The notes below the pieces were generated by a model. It had not been told where the DNA came from, searched no databases, and saw only the letters and a list, made by a program, of their open reading frames with translations. Source: Geobacteraceae bacterium (lineage in GTDB: Bacteria > Desulfobacterota > Desulfuromonadia > Geobacterales > Pseudopelobacteraceae). Taken from it: a DNA stretch of 64,000 nt. Position 1 is the stretch's first letter, and each line of letters starts with the position of its first letter. The stretch spans positions 2,606 through 66,605 of the forward strand of contig JAYTVV010000020.1 of the NCBI GenBank assembly GCA_043743795.1, read 5' to 3'. Shown here piece by piece: positions 9,884 to 18,000 of the stretch. The translations under genes were made by a program, and so were the position numbers.

Positions 9884-10654
9884 ATGTCAAAACAATATGG
9901 AATGGTCATTGACCTTCAGAAATGTGTCGGCTGCGGCGCCTGTGCCCTGGCCTGCAAGACCGAAAATAATACCCAGGCACGCACCAACGGTCAGACCTTT
10001 AACTGGGCCGACTTTATCTACAAGGAAGAGGGAAAGTTCCCGAATCCAAGTTTCACCGCTATCCCGGTGCTCTGCAATCACTGTACAGACGCACCGTGCG
10101 TTAAAGCCTGTCCAGTTCAGCCCAAGGCGATGTTCAAAACCGCCGACGGCATCACCATGCACAATGACGAACGCTGCATCGGCTGCCGACGCTGCCAGAA
10201 AGCCTGCCCCTACAGCGCTTCAGATGTTGCCAAAGACAAAGCGGCTTACTCGGTTATCAGTGCCAATATCGGCAAGGAAGCACCCCATGCTGCATCACGT
10301 GATGCCAGCGAGATGATTAAGGGTTGTAGCGCTTCCGGTGCTGAAACCGCCAAAATGGCAGGTGGGGTAATTCCCAACCAGCACAAATATAACCACCCCG
10401 ATTACGACAGCATCCGCAAGCAGGGTGTGGTTGAGAAGTGTATCTTCTGTGCACACCGTGTCGCCAAAGGCGAACAGCCCAACTGTGTTGTGGCCTGTCC
10501 GGCCAAGGCCCGTATATTCGGCGACCTGAACGATACTGCCAGCGAACCGGCAAAGCTGTTAAAGAAGTACAAGCCAACTCGTCTCAAGGAAGAAAAGGGA
10601 ACCAAGCCGAATGTGGCCTACATCCGCGCTTTCAAGGGCGGGAATAAAGTATAA
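9884..10654 (+). CDS. arrB: Arsenate reductase Fe-S subunit, ArrB-like (four [4Fe-4S] motifs)
   Basis: ORF 9830..10654 trimmed to MSKQYGMVIDLQKCVGCGAC (ATG 9884, G-rich RBS). Four ferredoxin-type Cys clusters. Confidence 0.75.
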   Translation: MSKQYGMVIDLQKCVGCGACALACKTENNTQARTNGQTFNWADFIYKEEGKFPNPSFTAIPVLCNHCTDAPCVKACPVQPKAMFKTADGITMHNDERCIGCRRCQKACPYSASDVAKDKAAYSVISANIGKEAPHAASRDASEMIKGCSASGAETAKMAGGVIPNQHKYNHPDYDSIRKQGVVEKCIFCAHRVAKGEQPNCVVACPAKARIFGDLNDTASEPAKLLKKYKPTRLKEEKGTKPNVAYIRAFKGGNKV

Positions 10655-10667
10655 GGGATTTGTGTAG

Positions 10668-10706
10668 GGGCAAAGCAAACGTCTCATCTGCTTTGCCCTT
10701 TTTTTT
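10668..10706 (+). terminator. Rho-independent terminator between arrB and arrD
   Basis: gggcaaagca-(11 nt)-tgctttgccc followed by tttttttt. Confidence 0.65.
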
Positions 10707-10787
10707 CATGAAGATCACAAACGGGCGAAGCAGGTGAACCTTGCTTCGCCCCTACCATATTTATGCAGAATCCAGGAACCACTATCC

Positions 10788-11429
10788 ATGCCGACACCAG
10801 TCAACACCACCGCAACACGCGAAGATGCCTACCGTCTGCTGGCGGCCTGTTTTTATCCACCATCACAGGAACTGATCGAGGAGGAGTGCTGCGCAACCCT
10901 TGCGGCCCTGCTGGAGTCTGTTATACCGGAGGCCGCCCGGTATGCCGCAGAAGCGGTCATTGCAGGTAGCGACAGTTCCCTTGACGCTCTGGCGGTCGAA
11001 CACGCCCGTCTGTTCATCGGCCCCTTTCAGCTTGTTGCGCCTCCTTATGGTTCGATCTATCTTGACGACACAAAAACGGTCATGGGGGATTCCACCACCA
11101 GGGTTGCGGCTTTCTACCACAATTGCGGACTACAACTGGCTGAAGATTTTCACGAACTGCCGGACCATTTTGCCGTTGAGCTGGAGTTCATGTCCTTCCT
11201 GGCGTTCAAACAACGGGAGGCGGAGGTTTCCGGCGATACCGGGGAAGCAACACGCATCGTATCCTTGCAACAGGAATTTCTCGGCAGGTTCCTGTTGTCG
11301 TGGCTGGAACCTTTTACCACAGCGATTATCAACGATGGCGAAGCACCCTTCTACCAGGCAATCGCCAGGTGTACGGCAGCGTTCATAAATGCGGATTTTG
11401 CTGCATTGGCCAGCTTGAACAATGTCTGA
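10788..11429 (+). CDS. arrD: TorD/DmsD-family redox-enzyme maturation chaperone, ArrD-like
   Basis: ORF 10734..11429 trimmed to MPTPVNTT (ATG 10788). Has the EHARLFIGP...PPYGSIY and ELPDHFAVELEFM stretches typical of TorD-like chaperones. Confidence 0.7.
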   Translation: MPTPVNTTATREDAYRLLAACFYPPSQELIEEECCATLAALLESVIPEAARYAAEAVIAGSDSSLDALAVEHARLFIGPFQLVAPPYGSIYLDDTKTVMGDSTTRVAAFYHNCGLQLAEDFHELPDHFAVELEFMSFLAFKQREAEVSGDTGEATRIVSLQQEFLGRFLLSWLEPFTTAIINDGEAPFYQAIARCTAAFINADFAALASLNNV

Positions 11430-12381
11430 TTCCGGAACCGTTACCGGCAACAGGGATGATCTGGCGGTGGATGTCTCCCGCTGCCTGAAGATGCGTTTCA
11501 GCGAAAGCAGCTGTCGCCAGTGTGTCGATAGCTGCCCGCATGGAGCTGTCATCCTTGATGGCGGCCTCACCATCAATCCGGATCTGTGCCACGGCTGTAT
11601 GCTCTGCACTTCAGTGTGTCCGGTTGGTGCATTGGAACAGAATGGCGATTTCAACACATGTCTTGCGAAGCTCTCTAAGGTTCCGGAACCGAGCCTGGGT
11701 TGTATTCGAACAAGGGAATGTTCAAATGGAACCGTGACCTGTCTGGGCGTCCTTTCCGAAGAACACCTCGTGGCGCTCTACCATAATCTGTCAGGAAGAT
11801 TGACCCTCAACCTGTCTCTGTGTGGTGACTGCCGCAACCACTCAATTATTCGTCATCTTAGACAACGACTGGACGCCCTTTCTACGGGAAAGTTGTCCTA
11901 CAGCAATTGTCGTATCGATATTGCAGAATCTGCTCAGGACATGAATTACCAAGATGAACCAGTAGATCGCAGGAGCTTTTTTAAATCTTTTCGTACGTCT
12001 CTATTCACGAGTGCAGCTGTCATACTCTCTACCAATAATGACCAGACCGAACGTCGAACCAGTTATGCCGAAAAGCGGGTGCCGATCAGAAGAGAATTAT
12101 TGAACAGTACGAGAAGCAAGCTCTCTCAAGAGTTGGCTGTCCAGATACAGAAGCACTTTGACTCTTGTGTTTCATTTTATGAGACCTGCACAAGATGCCA
12201 AGGGTGCGTTGCAATCTGCCCTACGGGTGCATTAAAGACCGAGGTTGCCGATGAAACGCCACTATTTGAACAACTGCAGTGTACCGGATGCGGCTTGTGC
12301 CAAGAGTTCTGTCTTGATGGAGCACTAACGATCCAACACGTAATTGAACAATCTTTTTTTGTGAAGAACCAACTTGTCTGA
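11422..12381 (+). CDS. Polyferredoxin-like 4Fe-4S protein with uncharacterised central region
   Basis: 319 aa. CHGCMLCTSVCP, CTRCQGCVAICP and CTGCGLCQEFC clusters plus a variant first cluster. Start overlaps the arrD stop (ATGTCTGA). Confidence 0.65.
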   Translation: MSDSGTVTGNRDDLAVDVSRCLKMRFSESSCRQCVDSCPHGAVILDGGLTINPDLCHGCMLCTSVCPVGALEQNGDFNTCLAKLSKVPEPSLGCIRTRECSNGTVTCLGVLSEEHLVALYHNLSGRLTLNLSLCGDCRNHSIIRHLRQRLDALSTGKLSYSNCRIDIAESAQDMNYQDEPVDRRSFFKSFRTSLFTSAAVILSTNNDQTERRTSYAEKRVPIRRELLNSTRSKLSQELAVQIQKHFDSCVSFYETCTRCQGCVAICPTGALKTEVADETPLFEQLQCTGCGLCQEFCLDGALTIQHVIEQSFFVKNQLV

Positions 12382-12497
12382 TGGCATATTTTATTTCATA
12401 TGATTTCCACAGGCAATTATCATCGACAAGCTGAGCATTGAACACATTGCAGAAAAACAGTAGTTTCAATCCATATTTCAGTAAGTTAAAACAATTT

Positions 12498-12672
12498 TGT
12501 CAATCGGCTTTTAAAATTGACCCACTATCGGCGTCCAAAATTGACCCACCCTGGGTAGTTGTTTTCAGTTATTGATCCTCGTTTTTATTCTCCAGCTATC
12601 GTTTCCGGTTTCGATTATTTCGCAGTGATGCGTGACCCTGTCCAGGAGGGCTGTGGTCATTTTGTTGTCGCC
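12498..12672 (-). mobile_element. IS21-family right-end remnant (last ~30 codons of istB plus terminal repeats)
   Basis: C-terminus of ORF 12565..12831 reads [31 protein letters not shown], an IstB-type C-terminus. Followed by two AAAATTGACCCAC repeats (12513, 12537) and a terminal TG at 12498. Confidence 0.65.
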
Positions 12673-12830
12673 CAATATTGCCTCCTGAATTAGTCGGATA
12701 CGCGGAATGATGATTTGCAAAATTCGTAGTGATCCGTAAAAAATGTCTGAATCTTTGGTTCCAAGGTTTGCTGTTTCGGCGATGCTGTCAAGAGCGTGGA
12801 AAACTGCCACCAGCGTGGTGTATTCATCCA
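12673..12830 (-). pseudogene. Fragment homologous to element gene 22722..22958 (3' ~50 codons)
   Basis: About 80% nt identity between 12680-12820 and 22729-22868 ([32 protein letters not shown]). Fused in frame to the istB remnant at its end. Confidence 0.7.
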
Positions 12831-13209
12831 CGATTCATATTGATACACAGTGGAAGCGGCCAGCGGGCTCTTGCGGCTGTTTATATATTGACTGTAGAGG
12901 TCTTTGACGGTTATTATTTCACGCTTTTGTTGGTGCCTTGGGTACGGGTTTTCTCCCATGTCAAGGCGGCGCAAGTAGTCTTTTGCCGTTTGCCGGGCTT
13001 GATCCGGCGTGAAAGTTCCATAGCTACCGATCAGAATAAACGGCTTTTTTCCACTACCACGGAGTGTCGAACGTAACAAAGAAAGTCAGTGCTCCTCTGG
13101 TGGCTCTGACTCCAAAACCTGAAAGCTCGGCATCGTAATAATCAACTTGGCCGGCATCAGGTTTAATGATCTCGTTCATGTTTGCCTTAGTAATTTTTAT
13201 TCGTGGCCA
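12831..13209 (-). pseudogene. Tyrosine integrase pseudogene (N-terminal ~150 codons only; start lost, frameshifted)
   Basis: ORFs 13054..13242 and 12690..13079 together parallel residues 1-150 of the intact integrase at 28711..29973 ([45 protein letters not shown]). ATG is replaced by TGG at 13207-13209. The catalytic domain is absent. Confidence 0.8.
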
Positions 13210-13332
13210 GTGTCCTCCACAGTGGTAAATCAAGTGGCGCAATAGTGGTAAGAGTGTAACATTTTATATAACATTGCATCACATGCAGTGCGACATGAAT
13301 TGTAAAAATACAATACGTTAGGTACTGCAATG

Positions 13333-13372
13333 ACACTATGAAAATAAAACGTCTCGTATCAGGGTTCAAATC
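13333..13372 (+). repeat. Left direct repeat (att) duplicating the smc start
   Basis: acactatgaaaataaaacgtctcg+tatcagggttcaaatc matches 30097-30139 apart from a 3-nt indel. Encodes a stub MKIKRLVSGFKS-stop. Confidence 0.85.
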
Positions 13373-13425
13373 ATAATTTTGCAACAAACTGATAATGTGT
13401 GAATATTTGCGGCATGTTAATTGTG

Positions 13426-13444
13426 TAGTGACCGCATAGTGACC
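13426..13444 (+). promoter_or_regulatory. Two TAGTGACC repeats, 11-bp phasing (candidate integrase arm-type sites, left arm)
   Basis: tagtgacc at 13426 and 13437. The same octamer is repeated at the right end of the element. Confidence 0.45.
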
Positions 13445-13464
13445 AGCGTGAAAAAATAAAGGGG

Positions 13465-13500
13465 TTAAAAAAGGGTGTCTCACATTGGTAGACACCCTTT
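13465..13500 (-). terminator. Rho-independent terminator downstream of the serine recombinase gene
   Basis: aagggtgtc-(11 nt)-gacaccctt with a T-run on the minus strand. Confidence 0.6.
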
Positions 13501-13542
13501 CTCTTACTGTTTTTTTGCATACAGATTCACACCAAATATCAT

Positions 13543-14121
13543 TCAAACCGTATGCGGTCTTTCGCCGTTTTTTTTATTCTCCTGCATAATTCGGTACACG
13601 CTTGCTACACCGATCCCGACTTCATCCGCAACGGCCTGCTTGGTCTTCCCCTGGCGGATCAATTCAAGAACCTTTGCAGCCTGTCCCTTGGCGGTCGGCT
13701 TGCGGCCTTTGTAGGCTCCGGCCTCTTTGGCTATCCTGATACCCTCCCGCTGTCGTTCTAACATCATCTCTCTTTCAAACTGTCCGATTGCTGCCAGCAT
13801 GGAAAGCATAAGTTTGCCGGTCGGGGTGGTCGTGTCCAGGTTGATGTTTAGAACTTTGAAGGCAACGCCTCTCGCTTCCAGGGCGTCGACGATCTCCAAT
13901 AGGTGTTTTGTGCTGCGGGCGATACGATCCAGCTTGCAAACTATAACGGTATCGTCTTTGCGAAGATGCTCTAACATGGCTGCTAATTGTGGCCGGTCTT
14001 GCTTCACTCCGCTGGCCTTCTCTTGAAACACCTTATCGACCTCGGCAGCTTGAAGTTGTTCAAGCTGTGCGGTCAATTCCTGGCCTTCTGTGCTTACTCG
14101 TGCATATCCGATGTTTGCCAT
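13543..14121 (-). CDS. Serine recombinase (resolvase/invertase family)
   Basis: 192 aa. N-terminal catalytic motif IGYARVSTEGQ. Also VCKLDRIARS, GQFEREMMLERQREGI and a C-terminal HTH. Confidence 0.9.
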   Translation of the reverse strand: MANIGYARVSTEGQELTAQLEQLQAAEVDKVFQEKASGVKQDRPQLAAMLEHLRKDDTVIVCKLDRIARSTKHLLEIVDALEARGVAFKVLNINLDTTTPTGKLMLSMLAAIGQFEREMMLERQREGIRIAKEAGAYKGRKPTAKGQAAKVLELIRQGKTKQAVADEVGIGVASVYRIMQENKKNGERPHTV

Positions 14122-14136
14122 GTCCTTGCCCTCCTG

Positions 14137-14164
14137 ATGTATTTATCATTAGATATAAATACAT
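14137..14164. promoter_or_regulatory. 28-bp palindromic site upstream of the recombinase gene (res/crossover-like)
   Basis: atgtatttat-cattagat-ataaatacat, perfect 10-bp arms, 16 nt upstream of ATG 14121. TGATAG/CTATCA motifs recur through 14166-14324. Confidence 0.4.
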
Positions 14165-14464
14165 TATGATAGCATTGTATTGAATGTCAATATTTTCCTA
14201 TCAATAGGATTAAGTACTTTAACTTTGTATCGTCTTTGGCTGAATTCGGGGGCTGTAAGTTACTGATTTTACGTTGGCGAGTCTATCACGCAAAATCTAT
14301 CTTTAGACCAAGATCTATTGATAGCGTGAGAATAAAAGAAAACCGGGCCTCGTCATAGATTCCCGGTTTTCTTTCTGGTAGTCAGTTTGATTATTCGGTG
14401 TGTATAACTATGGCGGAAGTTTCGGGCTATTGTTGTACGTTTATCGGGCTGATTGAACCAAGCC

Positions 14465-14737
14465 TTAGACCGTTAATTGGGTTGCTTTTCTCACCAGTTT
14501 CAAATGACATGTCTTGTTGTCTCTTTTGTCTGACAATGTGTTTTGCAGGGTGTGCCACGCCAGAGGTAACAATGCTACCGCTGTTGAACAATTCATGTCT
14601 GCACGATGAATCACGGCACATAACAGGGCTTTTTTTGATTCAGGGGATAAAATTCGGTATTCGTCGTCAATCTCACTGAATGCTTGCTGGTCAGTCGTTG
14701 GGGTTGCTGCCAATCTCTTTAAGAGCCTGTCTATCAT
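14465..14737 (-). CDS. Hypothetical protein (90 aa)
   Basis: ORF only, no recognisable motif. Followed by hairpin 14338-14370 (aaaaccggg..cccggtttt). Confidence 0.4.
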   Translation of the reverse strand: MIDRLLKRLAATPTTDQQAFSEIDDEYRILSPESKKALLCAVIHRADMNCSTAVALLPLAWHTLQNTLSDKRDNKTCHLKLVRKATQLTV

Positions 14738-14893
14738 AATTCATGCCGCCTTTCGCTGGATTGGTATCACCTTGCTTTCCTGTGGGCGTTGTGCTGATGT
14801 TGTTATGTGTTCACCCCTTCCGTTAATGCGTAACAAAGTCCGTGCTGTTGGCCTTCCAAAAATCCCAGCCTGTATTCTCCTAGCTGGTTGTGG

Positions 14894-15058
14894 TTACAAT
14901 TCATCCCTGACAATCTCCTGCATACTCGCCACAAGCGCCCGTAAATCATCAGTCCGCTGCGGTATGGTGGCGGCGTCACCCGTTTCCGAAAACTCATAAA
15001 GTTCTCGATCCATAATATTCAGTAGAGCTCTAACCCGGATAAGCTTCAGTTCAATCAT
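14894..15058 (-). CDS. Hypothetical small protein (54 aa, below the ORF-track cutoff)
   Basis: My own translation: MIELKLIRVRALLNIMDRELYEFSETGDAATIPQRTDDLRALVASMQEIVRDEL. The ATG lies 2 nt after the stop of the 1703-aa gene, with AGGGGG upstream. Confidence 0.45.
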   Translation of the reverse strand: MIELKLIRVRALLNIMDRELYEFSETGDAATIPQRTDDLRALVASMQEIVRDEL

Positions 15059-15060
15059 AA

Positions 15061-18000
15061 TCAACCCCCTGCTTGTATATGCCGGAAACGCTTCTGTGCC
15101 AGCATCATGCGTAACCCCTTCTTTTCTTCATTGGTGGCAACTTCATATACCCGCTGTGCCTCGTCATATGACAACCGCTTGAATGTGATCTGTATCGGTG
15201 CAAGTCTGGTGTTCGTAAAAACATGTCGTGCCTGAAGCGGTGTTATCTTGCGTTCCTTCAACGCCTCCTGCATTTCCTGCCGTGCCTGCTGCGGGTCACG
15301 TCTGGCAAGTCCTGATAGGTGTTGAACAAGCTGGCTTCGCTCAAACTCTTCTGCAGTCTTGGTTCCTTGTGGCATTCTATCTCGTACCAGTTCCCCGGCA
15401 AGCTGTTCCGCCTTGCTCTGGTTTAATGCCGCTGGGGCGGGCATGATTCCAATTAGCGGGGCGGTCATGGTAAGGATGTTTCCACCGCGTTCAAGATCCT
15501 TGGCAGCGCCCTTCATCCAGAACGGCACAAACGCCTTGGCTGTAAATTTTCCGGCCTGTGCCAGCTGCATAATCGGGTTATCGCCTTCGTGCCGAATTTC
15601 AACTCCGTAATAATCCTTGTTGCGGATCAGGTCGCCAACAAGTGAAATCATGGGGTGTGACTTGTGAAGAAGTGTTGTCCCTGGCTTCATGGCATAGGCG
15701 TAAACGTCCTTGGCGTATGTCGGCAGCATGAAGCGTTCCGGATTGCCCTTTTCATCCTTCCTGCCGGTACGGAAAGCAAGTAGGTCTTTCCAATCATCAG
15801 GCGGTTCGCCGGTAAACATTGCGGTAAGCAGCACGTTGGCAAGGGCGGTTGTTATCAGTAGTGAAAGTGTGTACGCGCTTCGGTCGGATAGCTCCGGCTT
15901 TTTGCCGCTGGCGGTATCCTTGGTAAAGGTGATCAAGTCTTTCAGTCCGCCTCCAACTTCCAAAATGGTGCCGCCTGTCCAGCCTGGAGCCCTGATAAGC
16001 GCCTGGGTCAGGTTCTTTGCCACACTGTGAATAAACAGCCGGTCATAGACAACCTGCCCGAGACGTGAATCGATTCTGTTCCAAGCCTGTTGCATGGCGG
16101 CACGTGTTTCTCCATGGCTGGCATTGGGGTGGCGGTTGCTCCAGTCGTGCGCCATTTCTGTGAATACACCCAGCTTCTGGCGTGGTACCAGCCATTCCAT
16201 AATTGGCCGTGCCGATTGCTCCACGATAGAAGGAATCAAGCGGGCTCCGGCTCCGATCTTATTACCGTCACTCCATGCTTGCAGCATGTTCTGCGTGGTA
16301 GTGGTCTGGAACCTGCTGTCCATAATCCGCCGTGCTCCGGCCATAGTCAGCCATTCAATAACCTGCGGCATCTCCTTGGCGGCTGCTTCGTCACCCATCC
16401 ATGCTTTTAAAACCTTGTCGCCAAGTTTCGGGTTGAGATACCAGGCGGCGGGGGCATGCTTGAAATATTTACCGGCTTCGCTGAAATCGCCACGGACAAG
16501 CGCCTTGATTCCCAGGGCACCATGGCTCACGACCGCCTCAAGCGACGTAAAACCGGCATGGAAGGCGCTGAAAACTCCCAACTGGAATTGATTCAGGGTA
16601 TTGGCAGCTTTCATGTAGGCGCTGAATGGCTTGCCGACATACTTGTTCGTGTACAGGTTCTGGCTCAGATAATTGTTGAACACCTGCGCAACGTCTTCCC
16701 GTGCAATATAGCGGAAACTTTTTAGCTCTCCCGGTTGGCCGCTGTTGGCGTCCTGGTGTGCTCGCTTTGTAACCAGTCCATACTTGCCGGAAATATCGCC
16801 GTATCCGTCCGGCATCTTGTCCCCTGCCGGGACCAGCTCCACCAGTCCAGAATTCTCCATTGCCTGAAGTGCAAGGTGAGCGTTGATGTATTTGTCCATC
16901 TCCCCCATTTTCAGCATGACAAGGTCAATGGGGTTGGTTGAAACAAGTTCAAATCCGGCGTCAATGCCAGTCATGATGTCATCGAACACTCTTGCTTTGC
17001 TGAATGCCTTGCTCCCCTCTAGTGGCCTTTTTGAAAGTCTGGTGTTGATTTCCTTGGCGACGTCTTCACCCTTTTTCCAGATGTGGGGGAAATAGTTCTC
17101 TCTGACATTTTCAAGGGCCCCTGTCCCCATGTCCTGGATCGTCCTTGTCTTCTGCTCAAACATAGCCTTGATGGTATCGGCTATGTTTTGCAGCTCCGGT
17201 GTCGCCTGTTGCTGGCCGATATCGAGATTCTGCATAAAAGCGATTCTGTCAGCTTCTGCCATGCGGTTAAACACCTTATCAGCCAAGGTCACGGAAGATT
17301 GCATCAAGTCCAGGATGCGGGAGGTTTTGGTCGTAGTCATTCCGGCCTGCATGGTGGCCTTGTTCAATCCGGTAATAAACTTCTCTTTGCCGTGTTCCTG
17401 TCTCCCCATGCCTTCAATCAGGATGCGTCCAGCCTCCTCTGCCGCTGCGCTGCGGGTCATAGGTGCGGTGGCGGCCTTGATCCCGTCCCATGCTGCCGCC
17501 ATGCCTTCCCCGGCTGTTTTCAGGGCTGGCTTTATGTCGGACTTGACAAAGGTTGATTTGTCGCCGATACGGTTCAGGTGCCCTGCTACGTTTTCAGTAT
17601 TGCGGCGTATATCGGCCATGGAATATTTGACGGTGGGTGTAACATCGGTTGTGTTGGCTGTGGTTTCCCATGCCTTGCCGCTGGCTACGTCCTTCATAAT
17701 CTCCCGTGTAGGGTCAAGCATGGTGCGGATTTTGGCAAAAAAGTTGTAGACTGTTTGCAGGAACAGATGGTGTTGGCGTTTCCGCTCAAAAGCTCCGTTG
17801 TCTCTCAGGCGCTGGTATTCCGCCTCCGCTGCTTCCTCGGTACCAAACTTGGTCATGATGATGGCGCGTTGCTTACCGTTCAAAGCCATAGCCATAGCGG
17901 CGTGAAAGGTTTCGTGATGGATCTGGCCCGTGCCTTGTTCAGTCAGGGCAATTACAGCGCCATGCTCCAGCTTGCGGAATTCGGCAACCGGCTTTTCGTG

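Noticed and set aside
12385-12412. AT-rich stretch (gcatattttatttcatatg) whose reverse complement resembles the att core (tatgaaaataaaa)
   Set aside because: There are only ~13 matching AT-rich bases with an indel, and the match is in inverted orientation relative to the two att repeats. It is most likely chance and is not called as a third att site.
12565-12831. 88-aa ORF that looks like an intact gene
   Set aside because: It is a chimera. Its first ~50 codons are homologous to the end of gene 22722-22958, and its last ~30 codons are an IS21 IstB C-terminus. This is a deletion junction, not a functional gene.
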